This document shows, in pieces, positions 1-12,913 of a stretch of 64,000 nucleotides of DNA (the stretch's first letter is position 1; every line of letters starts with the position of its first letter). Location: contig JAIVFI010000014.1 of NCBI GenBank assembly GCA_025558095.1, positions 688,702 to 752,701 on the forward strand. The letters run 5' to 3'. The notes beneath the pieces were generated by a model. That model searched no databases. It saw only the letters and a program-made list of their open reading frames with translations, and was not told the origin of the DNA. Source of the DNA: Hyaloraphidium curvatum SAG 235-1 (lineage: Eukaryota > Fungi > Monoblepharomycota). The position numbers were made by a program, and so were the translations under genes.

Positions 1-272
1 ACGGCCATCTTGGCCTTCCATAGCCGCTCCTCCTCCGCGGGCGACGACACGGTCGCCAGGATTCCCGACTGCCCGGCGGATTTCGTTTTCGCCTCGTACT
101 GCTCAATGAGCTCCCGGCTCGCCTGCAACTGCGAGCCGGTCACGAGCAGGTTCCGCGGGTTCGTGAGGTCCGAAAAGTGCCGCAGGCGGCCATAGTAGGT
201 CGACTGCGGGTACCGCGGCTGGGAAAGATCGATGACGCGCGGATATAGGGGCGATTCAGACCCCGATTCCAT
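1..272 (-). CDS. FSF1: Sideroflexin (mitochondrial Fsf1/SFXN family), N-terminal part; continues beyond the window start
   Basis: Not in the ORF track. Manual translation from ATG at 272: MESGSESPLYPRVIDLSQPRYPQSTYYGRLRHFSDLTNPRNLLVT...EEERLWKAK, matching the sideroflexin N-terminus (PRYDQST..GR..HF..TNPRNL, LWxAK). Confidence 0.85.
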   Translation of the reverse strand, partial: MESGSESPLYPRVIDLSQPRYPQSTYYGRLRHFSDLTNPRNLLVTGSQLQASRELIEQYEAKTKSAGQSGILATVSSPAEEERLWKAKMA

Positions 273-383
273 GTTTCGGGCAAGATCAAGGTCGGTTTCC
301 AAGTCGCAAGACGGGCCGGGGTTTGTTTACAGGCATCCCGCTTTGCCGTACCGACTCGCAACAACGTGGCAGCCCTCCAATAC

Positions 384-1593
384 GATGGAGGTGCAAATGG
401 ACGAAAAGGGGTTCCTTTTGAAGGATAGTGAGGAGGCTGTACGCCGCTCGCTCATCGACCTCTGCGGAGCGACCGCGCGCGCCAAGCGCCAGGCTTCCGA
501 CGGAACAGTCATCGTTATAGACGATTCTGAAGGCTGCTCGGACGGGGAACTTCCAGCTTCAGCAAGCAAGGCATTGACCTCAGAAGCCAAGAGAGCGCGC
601 ACGGAGGCCTCTGCCTCCTGCAAGGAGCAGCACCCGGTGCGCGACACCGTACCTGCCTGCAAGCACCAGCACTTGGTGCCAGACATCATCGAGCTCTCCG
701 GTGGTTCGATCGACTCGCTGCTGCTGGACCTGGGAGCATTCGAAAGAAGCGCAGCCCGCGCAATCTCCGCCGGTTTTCGTTCGGTCGTTGTCCACGCGTT
801 CCTGAAGGCCGGCGAGGGATCACAGCGGTTCTCCGAAGCCATTTTCCGACGCGAAAACACAGAGAATGCCAAGTACATTGCGGAGCACCCAATGACAGAG
901 ATGCCATCGACCGTTCTGCGCGATTTTGCTGCCCGTGCGTTCGCCATGACGGAGGGAGCCCTCCGCCCGCGCCTCGATGCAGTCAAGGATGCGCTTTCCG
1001 CCCGTCACGGGAACGCCTTCCGCAAGCTCAGGTGGCACGCTATACTCACCTTGCGGCGCGATCCCTTCGAGTCCTTTGCTGAAGACAACGACATCGACAC
1101 GGCGATCCACGCCGACTCGTACGACGGAACGATCGCGGCCTTTGCTCTGCTGAGCACAAAGATGCCGACGCCGATCTACCCGCAAGCGGTTTTCGAAAGG
1201 CCGCCCCTCGCGATGTTCACCGAGGAAAGCACGAGCGGACAGAGGCCTGCCGAGATCAGACTCGCGAGCAAGGACGGCGAGCGCCTCAGGAACGGCATCA
1301 GGGAATGGCGCGGCGGGACGGCGGTGATCATGCCCGCGGCCGTCGCGCACTCGGTCCCTCCGGGCTGGGTGGGGGACTTTGAGTCCCGAAGTTGCACGAG
1401 CGGCGTCCTCCTGGGGTCCAAGCAGGATCCGAGGTGGTTCGCGCGTGTGACGCTCGAGCTCGTTCCGGCGAGGGGCGGGAGGACCGACGGAAGCGCTTGG
1501 GAGCAGCATTACGGCTGGGAGAGCAGGGAGTTGAGGGCAGAAGCGGCGGCTCTGATGGCAGAGCACGTCTGGGGAGACGCCAAGTTCGCCTAG
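384..1593 (+). CDS. Intronless hypothetical protein, possible 2OG-Fe(II)-dioxygenase-like fold
   Basis: Long ORF, likely start MEVQMDEK. Contains IHADSYD...VAHSVP...WFARV, an HxD...H...R arrangement. The fold assignment is inference. Confidence 0.5.
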
Positions 1594-1789
1594 GCGGCGA
1601 GGGTGGAGTTTAGGCGGTCGATGCCGAGGTTCGCAGCCTGAGTCGATTGCCTCATCTAGCCGACCAAGAACATTCGTCAATCTTACTCTCTTGCGGGTCT
1701 CGCTTCCCATGTAGCCATGTCGCAGCCTCCCCGGCTCAGGCGGCCGCTCGCCATGCCAGCCGCACCCAAACATGAGCGCGTCCGACGCG

Positions 1790-2319
1790 TCATGTCCCGC
1801 CCAGTCTTTCGGCAATGATCAACAGGGCGTTGATGATGACGCCGCCCACCATCGCCAGCACGATCACGGTCGGCCCGACGCGCGCCTCGTACGTGCCGCG
1901 GATCTGCCGCCGGAGGGAGATGGCACGCGAGAAGAAGAGAAATAGGGAGTAGAACAGGGTCAGGATCGTGAGCAGGGAAAATACGACGCCTGGATAGAGG
2001 ATCGCGGTCAGCCGGCGTCCCTCTGGTCGCTGCGGCCCGTCCCACCAGCTGCTCGACCCGACGCGTTCCCAAAGTTGAGCAGGCCTATCGCGAGCCCGCC
2101 CAGCGTCACGGCGAACGAGCACCAGGAGAGAAATGTCCGTTCGTTCGACAGGAAGCTGGCCGGTTTGACCTCGAGCGCGTCCTCCTCCTCTTTGTCCGGC
2201 CGGAGGAGCGGCGGTCCGGGCCTCGGGGCGACATAGGGCGAGTCCGGAGGGTCCGTGGGGGAAAGCGGCGGGTCGACGTTGATGATCCGCCTCACGGGCG
2301 GTGATGCCGTGGCGGACAT
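1790..2319 (-). CDS. VTC1: Vacuolar transporter chaperone Vtc1 (DUF202 membrane protein), spliced
   Basis: [35 protein letters not shown], then after an intron [11 protein letters not shown]; three hydrophobic segments. Confidence 0.85.
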
Positions 2320-2587
2320 GCCGGCGCTATCGCGATGGAGCGCGGGACATCTCGATGAAAGTGTCGTTGTTGGTTTGGCGTGGCGGCCACGTGAGGTCGA
2401 CTTCGAAACACACTCGAAGAAACCCCAGCAGGGCGGTTTCGCTGTCGTAGACGATGAATGATTGGAGAAAGACAGTCTGCGGTTCTTGTTCAAGATGCGT
2501 CTTGGCGATGATGTCACTCGATCGCCTGTTCAACGTCTCAACTACATGTCCATGCCTCAAGCTCATCTCCGGCGGCCACGTTACAAA

Positions 2588-3756
2588 TCAGGGAAACTTG
2601 AATCCGTATTTCTTCGCTGCGAACGAGTCGATCGTCTCCGGGACGATGAGCTGCAGCAGTCGGGAAAAGTACGACCAGCCGGGCAGGTAGACGATACGGG
2701 AGCGGGTGTCGGCGCACTTGACGATCTGCGCCTATGTGAGGTGGATGCCGATTGCGCGTCACTCTCCGGCTCACCTTCTCTGCCACGTATTCGGGCGTCA
2801 TCTTGTTCTCCTTCTTGACGTTTGGCTGGGTGCTTTTGCCCTCGACCTTATCCGCGGCCTGGTTCCGCAGGTCCGTGGCCACGGTCATCGGGCACACGAG
2901 GCCGATGGTGATGCCGTACTGCGCCAGTTCGATCCGGACGGACTCGAAGAAGCCGTTGACGGCGAACTTGGAGGCGCAGTAGAGCGCTCGTGAGGGTGCC
3001 TTTGAGAATGGACCGCCGTCAGAATCGCCCTTCCATCGAAGAGACATCATGGGGCTCACTCCGGTGTGTCCAGCGGCAGATGAGGTCACGACAATCCGTC
3101 CACGGGATTCCTTCATGAGCGGAAGGAACCACTTCAGGGTGTAGATGGGGCCATAGGTGTTGATCTGAAATCAAACGGTCAGCTCGGCAGCCGGGCTCAG
3201 TGCGTCGCGTTCTACCTTCATGACGCGATCAATAGCCTTGCTCGAATGTCCCGGCGTCTTTGTGTCGGCGTCCAACAACTCCTCGAAGGTCAGCGTACTG
3301 CCAGCTCCGTCAGGGCCCAGGATTCCGAAGCGCCGACTTCAGGGCCACCTTATCGTCCCGGCATTGATCAGCAGCGTGTCGCAGCCGCCGAGCTTCTCCC
3401 TGACGAAAGCCACGGTCCTCTCCAGCGATGCCTCGTCCGTCATGTCCATCTGGAACGTGTAGCACTCCTTGCTGCCCAGGTCCTGGCACTCCTTCTGCAC
3501 CGTGTCCAGCTCCGCCTGCGCGAACGACGTAATCACGAGGCGGCATCCCGGCCGCTTGGCGTAGATGTGCGCGATGCATCGGCCGATGCCGCTGCGGGGG
3601 CGTGAGTGGACGTCCGGGGGGCGGCGCGGCGCGAACGCACGCGGAGCCTCCGATGACGACGACGCGCTCATTGGGCGGCGGGGGCGGCACAGACTTCTTC
3701 CTCGCAAAGTACAGCGCCGCAGCGCCGGCCACGGCGGCGGGGATGAGCCAGGACAT
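2588..3756 (-). CDS. Short-chain dehydrogenase/reductase with N-terminal membrane anchor, multi-exon
   Basis: VVVIGGSA/GIG, LLINAG, IVVTSSAAG and YCASKFA (YxxxK) spread over several exons. Confidence 0.85.
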
Positions 3757-3940
3757 CGCGTTCACTCCGGACCCTGACGGGGTGTCGCTGCTGTTTCAGG
3801 GTGATCGATCGGGAGCCGGAGACGCGAGGAGACGCCCCGTGCCTTCGACGCGGAAAGCAACTTGGTATCCAATCAGCTAAGCTACACAATGCGTGAAACA
3901 GCTTTCGTCTCGGGGGCCAAATCAGTTACTCCGTCTCCCT

Positions 3941-6900
3941 TCAAGCGCCGCCCCTCCGTCCCCTTCCCCTAGGGCTCGCGCGGGCGCTGCTCGGCGTCGT
4001 CCCACCCCTTCCACGCGCAGGAGACCCTGCTAGCTGCATCCCCTGCGGTGACTGGCCGGACGGCGCGCCCTGCGGCGCCGCGGGCGTGGGAGTCGCCTGC
4101 GCGATCGCCTGGGAGAAGGTGCCGCGAGGCGTCGCGGCGCCCCGGCGAGCCATACCGGGAGTGCCGCCCCTCGCAACCGGGCGGGCTGGGAGAGAGGGAG
4201 GTGCCTCAAGGGCAGGAGGGGCCGACGGCGCAGGCGTCGTAGCCGGCGGCGTGTCGCGGGCGAGCCTCCGCTTCTGAGGTTGCGCTTTGGAAACGCGGCC
4301 CAATGAGAATGAATCGTGCCTATCCTGGTCGCTTCAACCAACCTGCAGGAGTTGCCGAGCCTTCCGGGGTCCCTTCCGCCTTCCGCTTGGCTCCGGCTCC
4401 GGTGGGGTTCCACTGGATCGGCTGGATCTTCTTCTGCTTCTCTTCCGCCGGCGTGGTCTCGGGGGCTTCCGATTTCGCCCGACCAGGCGTCTGGGGCGGC
4501 GCAGATTGCACCACGTCCCGGTTTCGCAGGCGCAGCACGTCCGGTTCATCCGAGGGAGCTGGCGTCTTGGCCCGTTCGGATGCTGCCTCTTTCGGCGCCT
4601 CCTCCGCGGGCTGCTCGGCCGGCGTCTGCACAATGGACCGCGAGCGCAACTGCAGCACGTCTTGCTCCGGAGTCCCGACGGCAGCCTCGGCAGAAACGGG
4701 CGCTTCGCCTTCCTCGTACTCGCCCTCCTCGACCTCGGCCTGCGCATCGGGCTCAGCGACTGCCTTTGTCTCGGCCTCCGTTGCTTCGAGCTCCTTCGTC
4801 GCGGAATCGGAAGTCTCGGGCTCCTTGACCGGCGATTCCAAGGAAGCAGGTTCCTTGGCAGCGTCTTCGGAGGCAGGCTCTTCGGCCTGCGGAGGCGCTT
4901 CCTCTGTCTTCGCAGGCTCGGGAGCGCTCGATTGGACGACGTCCCGACTTCGCAGAGAGAGCACGTCGGGCTCCTCGGCCACGGGTTCCGCCTGCTCGGC
5001 CGTCTGCTCGAGTCCCGGTTCGTGGTGCTCGTCCTCTTCCTCCTCGCCGAAATCGTGCGTCCTTCGGAGAGTTGATAAGAAACTGTCCCAACGAAATAGC
5101 GGGTGCGGAAACTCACTCGTCAAAGGCACCCTCCTCGCCGTCCTCCCCGTCATGCATCTCTTCCTCGAGCTCCCCAACTCCCTCTTCTGCTCCCTCTTCG
5201 CCTTCGCCATCTTCGTGATACTCCTCGCCTCCGTCTTGCTCCTCACCCTCGCCCTCGAAGTACTCCTCGCCACCCTCGTCCATTCCCGTCTCTTCCGCAG
5301 CCTGCTCCGGGGCTTCGCCCATGTCCACGTCCTTCGGCACGGGCGAAAGGGCGCGCGAGACCGACTCCTCCATCGGCTGTTCCGGCGTAGCAAGCTGGGG
5401 TTCGGGAGCTTTCTCGGCAGGCGCCGCGGGTTCCATAGCCGCGGGAACCGCACCCGGAGTTGCCACGGCGGCCGGGGCTGGCTCCTCCCGGGCCAATGCA
5501 GCGGATTCGGAGGCGTTGGAGTCGACGGCCGCCTTGGGAGCTGATTCCGTCGCAGGTTTCTGCTGATCCGCCTCGGGTGCCGAAGGAGCTTCCTCTGTCA
5601 CCTCCAGGGCAGGCGGTTCCGCCGCGCTCGGCCGGCGCGAGGGCACAAACTCGTCGGCATCGGCGCGAAGCTTCTTGAGCGGCGGCGCTTTGGTGGAAGG
5701 CGACGACTCGGTCGCGCCGGACGTGCCCGCTTCGGCCGGGGCCGGTGCAGCGGAAACTGGCGACACCTCGTCCCGTGTGCGCTTGATCCCGGCAGAGGCA
5801 TCGGCCGCCTGTTGAGCCGGGCTGACGGGGGAGGTTGCCGCCGGCTGGCGGTGAGTCCGTTCCAGCTCTTCGACGCGAGCCAGCAGTTTGTCCTTCTGCT
5901 GCGTCACGAGTTGATACCGGAGGTCGTTCTCCGCGCGGACCTGCTGCTCCTTGGCCGCGATCTGCTTGGCCAGAGATTCTTTCTCGGCCTGGAGCTGCTG
6001 CGACAGCTTAGTTTGCTGGACCTTGAGCTGCTCGTTCTCGCCCTCGACCGCCGCCTAGATGGGACTCAGAAACTGCCACTGCCGAATGCGGCCCAACACG
6101 TACCAGTTTCTCCTTCAACTGCGCACCGCTTGTCTTGAACTGCTGGATCTGAGTCTGGTTGTTGAGGTTTTCCTGCTTTGCAGCCTCAAGGCTCTGGAGC
6201 AGCTTTGCCTTCTCAGCAGCCTTATCACGAGATGTCAGTGTCGCACATATTGCTGGAAGTAGAGGGAACCCACGTCGCTCTGCTGCTTCGGACCCTGGGC
6301 CTCCAGCTCCTGAACTCTCTGCTTCAATGTCGCGACCTGCTGGTCAAGCTGGGAACTGCGGCTCTCTGCGTTGGCGATCCGCTCATCCGCCTTCGCCTTA
6401 GCCTCCCTGGTCTTAAACACCTGCGCGAAATATGTGAGATCCGACATGCTCCAATCACACGACAGCTTACTCACGATCTCGTTGCTCCGCTGAGTGACGT
6501 TCTTGACCTTCGCCTCCAGCTCCTCAACCTTCTTCGACTTCTCGGCGAGCTCCGCGGTGAGCTGCTCCAACTGCATCTTCATCTCGTTCTCCCGTGTCTG
6601 GACCTGCTCGCGCGCCGCCGACAAGCCCTTGACCTCTTCCTGAAGCCTCTGGTACTCCACAGGGTCGATGCGCTAGGATGAGGAGCGTCAAGTCCGACAC
6701 GAAGACGAGCCAAAGGGCGGCGAAAGACCAACCTCGTACTTGGTCAAGAGACTGTTGTTCCGCTTCTTCCAGACGTCGACTTCGTTGAGCAGCTTCTCGA
6801 TCATCTCCTTGTTGGCGTCGCGCTCGGCCTGGAGCTCCCGCGACTGGCCGCGGAGGGGTTCCAGCTCCTTCTCCAGATCACGGAGCTTCCCCTCGGCTTC

Positions 6901-9900
6901 GGCAAGGTTCGCGGTCAGCTTCTCGACGTGAGCACGGAGCGTGTTGTTGCTCTCTTGGTAGAGGTTGCGCTCGTTGACCTTGGTCATGAGATCGGCGATT
7001 TCCTGGGCACTGTGGCCAGGAGCAACGTTGCTCGCCCTCTCCTGTATGGATGGTAAGCAACAATCCTCAAGCAAGGGTTCCGGCGCCCCACCTCCTCGAG
7101 CATCTGCCGCAAGGCGCTGCGTTCCTGTTCGAGGGTTTCCGCTTGAACCTTCCAGCGGTTCGCTTCGGCGTCCTTGAGCTGAGCACTGGCCCGTTGCCTC
7201 TCCGTCTCCGACTTCAGGTGGCGGACCAGCTCCCGCAGTTCTGCCAACTCGGTCGAAGCCGCACTTCCTTCGGAGCCGCCTTCCGCGACGGCGCGAGCCT
7301 GGTAGCGCGCGACCTGCGCGGAGATGGTTTCGAACTGGGACATGAGCAGGTTGTTCTGCTGCTCCAGATCCGCGCACCGCGCCTCGACCTCCTGCAGGCT
7401 GCGATCCAAAGCCCGCTTCTGGTTGTTCCACGAGTCCTCCGCGGCGGCGAGCTTGGACTCGGCGGAGTTGGCCCTCAGCGAGAACGAATCGAGGGAAGCC
7501 TTGGCGTCCGCGAGCTCCTTCTTGATGGTGGACAGCTCAGCGATCGCTTGGGCATGATTGGTAACCTCGCGGTCGTAGTTAGCCTTGGTCGTCTCGAGCA
7601 GCGCAGCCTGGCGCTTGATGTCCGTTTCGTACGAAGCGCGCACCGACTCGACGCTCTGCTCGTAGCCAGCGAGCTGGGTGACCCGGTCGTTCAAAGCCTT
7701 CTTCTCCTCTTCCCAAGCCTTGGTGTCGGCCTCGGTCTTGGTCCGCAGCTCGGAAAGCATCGCAAGGGTTGCCTGCCGGGACTCGGCAGCCTGCTCGGCC
7801 TCCTTCGAGAGAGAAGCAACACGCTCCTGAGCCTCCGCGATCTTGGCCTCCATGTCCGTCCGGTAAGCCTCGTAGGAGCTGGTGAGGTCGGCGAGGGCCC
7901 GCTCGTTGGCCGCGCTGATCTCCTGGAACTCCTTCACGTGGTTGGTCTGCGACTTGAGCTCTTCGACCTTGGCGGCGAGCTGCGCCTTGACCTCATCGAG
8001 TTCCAGTTCCAACTCCTTGCGGCGGCGCGTCTGCTCGTCCGTCACATCGGAACGGGCATCCAGGGCCGCGCGGCGGGCCTCCTGCTCCTGGACCTTCTGG
8101 CGAAGCTGGTTCGCGGCCGCTTCGACCTCGGCAAGCTTCTGCTCGGCCTTGGCGACGTTGCTTTCGGCTGCGGCGAGCTTCTTCTTCAGGTCGTCACCCT
8201 CCTCGCGCTGCAGCACGGCGTCGTTTAGGGCGAACAGATCAAGAGCGGCCAAGTCCGAGACTCACGCTCTTGTCGAGCTTGATGTTGAGCTCGCGGGCCT
8301 CGCGATCCTTGGTGCCGACCATGAGCTTGAACTCGTCGACGCTCGCCGCCAGCTGCTTGCGGGCCTCGGCAAGCTCCTTCTCGAGATCGATGACGCGCCG
8401 CTCGGCTTGGCGCCGCAGCTCGCCCTCGGAGCGCTGCATCTCCGCCGACATGGCCTGGATCTGCTTCATGACCTCGGCGAGCTTGTTGCGCTCCACGCTG
8501 AGCGAGTTGGACTCCTGCATCAAGCGAGCTTCGGCAGCCTGAAGCCAACATGGGTCAGGCGTCGCGGACAGAACGCACGGGGCCTAGTCAACCCACCTTC
8601 GCCACCTCTTTCTCGCTCCGCAGCATCGCCACCTCGGCACGCAGGCGGTCCACGTTCTTCTTGGCGTCGAGGAGGTCCGCAGAGAGCTCCTGCACCTTTG
8701 CCTCCTGGGCCTGCGACGTGGCCACGGTCTGCGCAATGCGGGTCCGGAGCGAGACGACGTCCGACTGCTGAGTCTCGTACGACTTCTGGAGGAGGGAGAA
8801 GCGCTCTGCCAGTAATCCATTAGCCTCGGAAGAAGGCAACTAGACAATCGCCAACAAACCCTGAATGAAGTTGAGCTCGGCCTCCTTCTTCTTGGACTCA
8901 GAAACAAGCGAAAAGTTCTCGTTCCTCAGCGAGTCGATCTGCTGCTTCAAGATGCCCATGTCCTTGGAAGATTCCTCGCGTACGGCATCTAGCAGCTCCT
9001 GGATCTCGGCGAGCGACCGCTGCTCCTCCGAAGACCTCGCCGGCCCGGCGGGGGGCGCGGCGATCGCGGGCATGGTGGGGCTCGGCGGCGCCCGCGTCTG
9101 GGCGGCCGAACCCGTCCTGTTGTGCGCGAGCTGCTTGAGCATGTCCCGCTCGGTCTCGAGGGCGCGGTTCCTCTGCTCGTAGGCGGCGAGCTTGGCGTCC
9201 GCCTCCTCGAGCTTCCGCGCAGCGTTCTCGAGCGCCGAGCGCACCGTGTCGCTCACGCGCTCGTCGCGATCGCGTTCCTCGGCCTCGGCCTTGGCGGTCA
9301 GCTCGCGCACGGCGCGAAGGAGCTGCTGGTTGCGGGCCTGCAGGTCTCGCACGTTCCGGAAGCCGACGAGGTTGGAAGAGATGAGCTGGTCCGCAGTGCC
9401 CCCCTCGTCTGCCATCTCCGGAACGATGCCCTCAAAGTCCGCCGGGGAGCCGATGGCGCCGGTGGGCACCGACGGGTTGAGCGATTCGACCTCGCGAAGG
9501 AGGACCTGAATCTGCCGCTGAAGATCCCTGATTTCTGTAGGACATGGGCAGCATAAGTCAGTGTTCCTCAAGCGGCAAAAGGCGGAGACCACGAACCCTG
9601 CTGGTCAGCCTTGGCCGCGGCCTCGAGCCTCTCTGTCCGCTTGGCCATCTCGATCCGCTCGAGCTCGACCTGGTCCAGCCGGCGCGACCGCGAATCGAGC
9701 TCCTTCTGCAGCCTCGAGACGTCGGCAAGCGCCCGGTCGAGGTCCTCGCCCTGCTTCTGGTAGAACGACGCGCGCATCTCGACCTCGTCGAGGATGTGCT
9801 GGAGGTGGGCCTGCAGCCTGTTGTTGTCGAGCCGGATGGAGCCGACCTGTGACTGGAGCGCCACGTACTCCAAGTACTGGAAGGGCAGACGGCACGTCAG

Positions 9901-12750
9901 CGCCAGTCACAACAAGACAACGAAGGCAACCCACGATCTCGGTGAACGACTTGCCTCCCCTGCGCATGCTCTCGGCAATCTCCGCCGTCCGGCTCAGCGC
10001 GCCCAGCTCGCTTCTCTTGCCCCTGGTGCCGACCACCTCGCGCGAGACCTCGTCCCCCACGAGCCTGTCGACCTCGGCGAGCCGCGTGCGGAGCTCGGCC
10101 GACTCCTTCTCCTTCTCCTCCAGGCGACCCTGCAGCGCCTTGGTGCCTTCGGCGGCTTCGCGCGCTCTCCGCTCGGCGGCCTCGAGCGCGGCCTCCCGCT
10201 CGGCCTGCAGCCGCGCCGCCTCCGCCCCCGCCTCCTCGAACGCGCGCTGCAGCTCCGCCGCCCTCTCCTCGTTCAGCTTCGAAACCCTGCGCATGGCCTC
10301 CATCTCCCTTGCGAACGCGCCCTCCTGCACCGCCAAGCGCCCCTCTGCGTCGCGAAGCTGCCCCGCCAGCCTCTCGCACCTCGACCTGGCGTCCTCCGCC
10401 TCCCCGCGCGCCCTCGACGCCCGCGCTTCGGCGTCCTCCGCGGCGGCCTTGGCGCCCTCCACCTCCCCGCGCAGCCGCGCCGTCTCCTCGGCCCGCGCGC
10501 GGCGCCACTCTGCCCACCCTTCCCTCTCGCGGTCGTGCTCTCCCCTCAACCACTCGGCCGTGCCCTTAACCTCCTTGGCCTCGGCCGCCGCAGCCTCGGC
10601 GCGCCACCTCGCCGCTTCCTCGCCGGCCTTGGCCTCCGCGAGCGCGGTCTCGGCGTCAAGCAGCCTGGTGCGGAGCTCCCTCGCGGCCCCCGACGCCGCG
10701 TCGGCCTCGCCGCGCATCGACTCGGCCTCGCGCGCGCGGCGGTCCAGCGCGGATGCGAGCTCGCGGTTCTCGCTCTCGAGCACGGCGATGCGCTGCCGCA
10801 GGGGCGCCAGGGTGCCCTCGGCGGCGTCCGTGCCGGCGGCGGCGCGGGAGAGGTCGGCGCGGAGGCGGTTCATGTTCTCCTCTGCGGGCGATCGTATTGT
10901 CCGTCAGCCGATCCGAACTCTACCGACGGCCCGCAAAGCTGCACCCACCACGCTCAGCGGCGTTCCTCTCCGCCTCTTTCTTGGCCTCCTCCGCCTTGGC
11001 CAACCTCCCCTCCAATTCCCTCGCCCTCTCCTCCGCCGCATGCGCCCTGTGGCCCTCCTCCACCTCCCTGGCCTCCCTCGCCGCCCTGCGCCCTTCCTCG
11101 CCCATGGACACCCACCGGTCCAGGGCGGCCCAGAGCTCCGAAAAGCCGGCGTCGGGGTTGGCGGAGACGGCGGCAAAAAGGGAGCGTGCCAGGGCGGGGG
11201 GCAGGTCGAGGAGGGTGGAGAGGCGGAGCAGGGGGTGGTCCGCGGGAGGGTCGGTGGGCTGGGGGGGATGGATGTCGACGGGGGGTTGGGGGGCCACAGC
11301 GAGGGAGGCGGCCGGTCTCGGGGCCGGGATGGCAGGGGCTGGCGCTGCCGGTGCCGGTGCCGCGGCGCGGGGTGCCGGTGCAGGCGATGCGGGTGCGGGC
11401 GCGGGCGCAGGCGACGCGGGCGCCGGCGCGGCCGACCTCGTTCCCGCGGGCTTGCCCTTGCCCTTCCTCCCCTTTCCGGCCTTCTTCCACCACCCCCAGA
11501 TCACCTCCCCCGCCTCCTCCGGCGTCTTGGCCGCCCTCCCCCCGCTCACGGCCTTGGTCGTCAGTATCGTCGCGCCCTGCGTGCGCACCACGCCGATCTG
11601 CGGCGGGGGGCTCGCGGCCCTGGGCGGCGTCGGGAGCTGCGGCGGGGAAACGGCGCCGGTGAGCCCGAAGCCGACGGTGGCGGCGCGGGGGACGATGGAT
11701 GAGGGGGATGCGAAGGCGCCGAAGGTGAACTTGGGCAGGGAGCGCGAAGGCTGTGGCGGAGGGGGTTGGGTGGGTTGGTATATGGGCGCGGGCTGTTCGG
11801 TAGGCGTCTGCACGACGGCGCGCGAACGCAGCTGCAGCACGTCTTGCTCCGGCTCGGCCTGCGCTGCACTTGCGGGCTCCTCCGGCGCCGGGGCGGGCTC
11901 GGGCTCGGATGCCGGCTCGGGCTGCGGCGAGAGGCGGGGCGAGCGCCGCGGGGGCTGCGGCGAGGGCGAGCGGCCGCGCTTGGGGGTCTGCTGGCGCGCT
12001 CCCGGTTCGGTCGCGGGCGGTGGGGCGAGCTGCGCCGGTTCCGGGGTGGGCTCGCGGGCCGGTTGGGGAGAGGATGCGGGGGCGGGATCCTCCTCGGCGT
12101 GCTGCTCCTCGAAAGGCGTGCCTTCTGCACAGGGAAAGGAGAGGAATGGTCAGAGATCTGGCAAAATCCGCACCTGCACACAACGTACCCGACTCGTCCA
12201 TCGGCTGCGGCCCGTCTGTCGGCAGGTGCCCGTCGGAAAACTGCATCGCGTCGGACGAGTCCTGCAGCACGATGGGCCCCTCAAAGTCGAACTCGCCCTC
12301 GGCCACGTCGTCGTCCACCTCGTCGCCAAAGTCGACCAGCGCCTCCTCCTCGGCCGAGCCCTGCGCCGAGCGCGACAGCTGCGACGAGCCCTGCGGCGCG
12401 CCCTCCTCGTCCGAGTCGTCGATCACCACCGTCTCGACCACGCGCTCGCCGCCCTCCTCCTCGTCCTCCTCGTCCTCGTACTCGTCCTCCTCCACGCCGC
12501 CCGACGACAGCAGCTCCTGCGCGGGCCTGAACCCTCCGTATCCCTGCGCGAACGGGTCGCCCTCCTCTTCTTCCCCCTCGCCCTCCTCGTCGTCGTAGTA
12601 CCCCTCCTCGCCCTCCTCCTCCCCGCCGTCGTCCAGGCCGTCCTCGCTGTCGCGCTCGTCCAGCGCGTCGGGGTCGAAGTCCTCTGCGGCGTCGGCGTCG
12701 AGCTCGTCCTCCTCGTCGGGCGCGCCCGCGGGCGGGTCCCTCTCCGACAT
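3941..12750 (-). CDS. MLP1: Nuclear-basket coiled-coil nucleoporin TPR/Mlp1-like, multi-exon, with acidic and Pro-rich N- and C-terminal extensions
   Basis: Long heptad coiled coils plus TPR/Mlp hallmark segments HLQHILDEVEMRA, QIQVLLREVE and LISSNLVGFRNVRDLQARNQQLLRAVREL. The exons checked join through GT-AG introns; the outer limits are less certain. Confidence 0.8.
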
Positions 12751-12913
12751 CTCCGCCGGCTCCGCCCCGACCTGCGTGGACGTGGGCTTAAAGGCAACAG
12801 TTAGAACGAGCGGGGGACGCGTGCGCCGCGGCGTACCGGCGCGGGGGCGAACGTCGAATGAACGCGTTTCCTGGAATGCCCAATCCCTAGCCTTCCTCTC
12901 TGGCACTCCTCCG

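Noticed and set aside
9561-12804. Very long plus-strand ORFs (713, 622 and 683 aa) and similar ones elsewhere, e.g. 51948-54281 and 56075-58156
   Set aside because: They are antisense or alternative-frame shadows of real GC-rich genes, with low-complexity Arg/Ala/Pro translations and no motifs.
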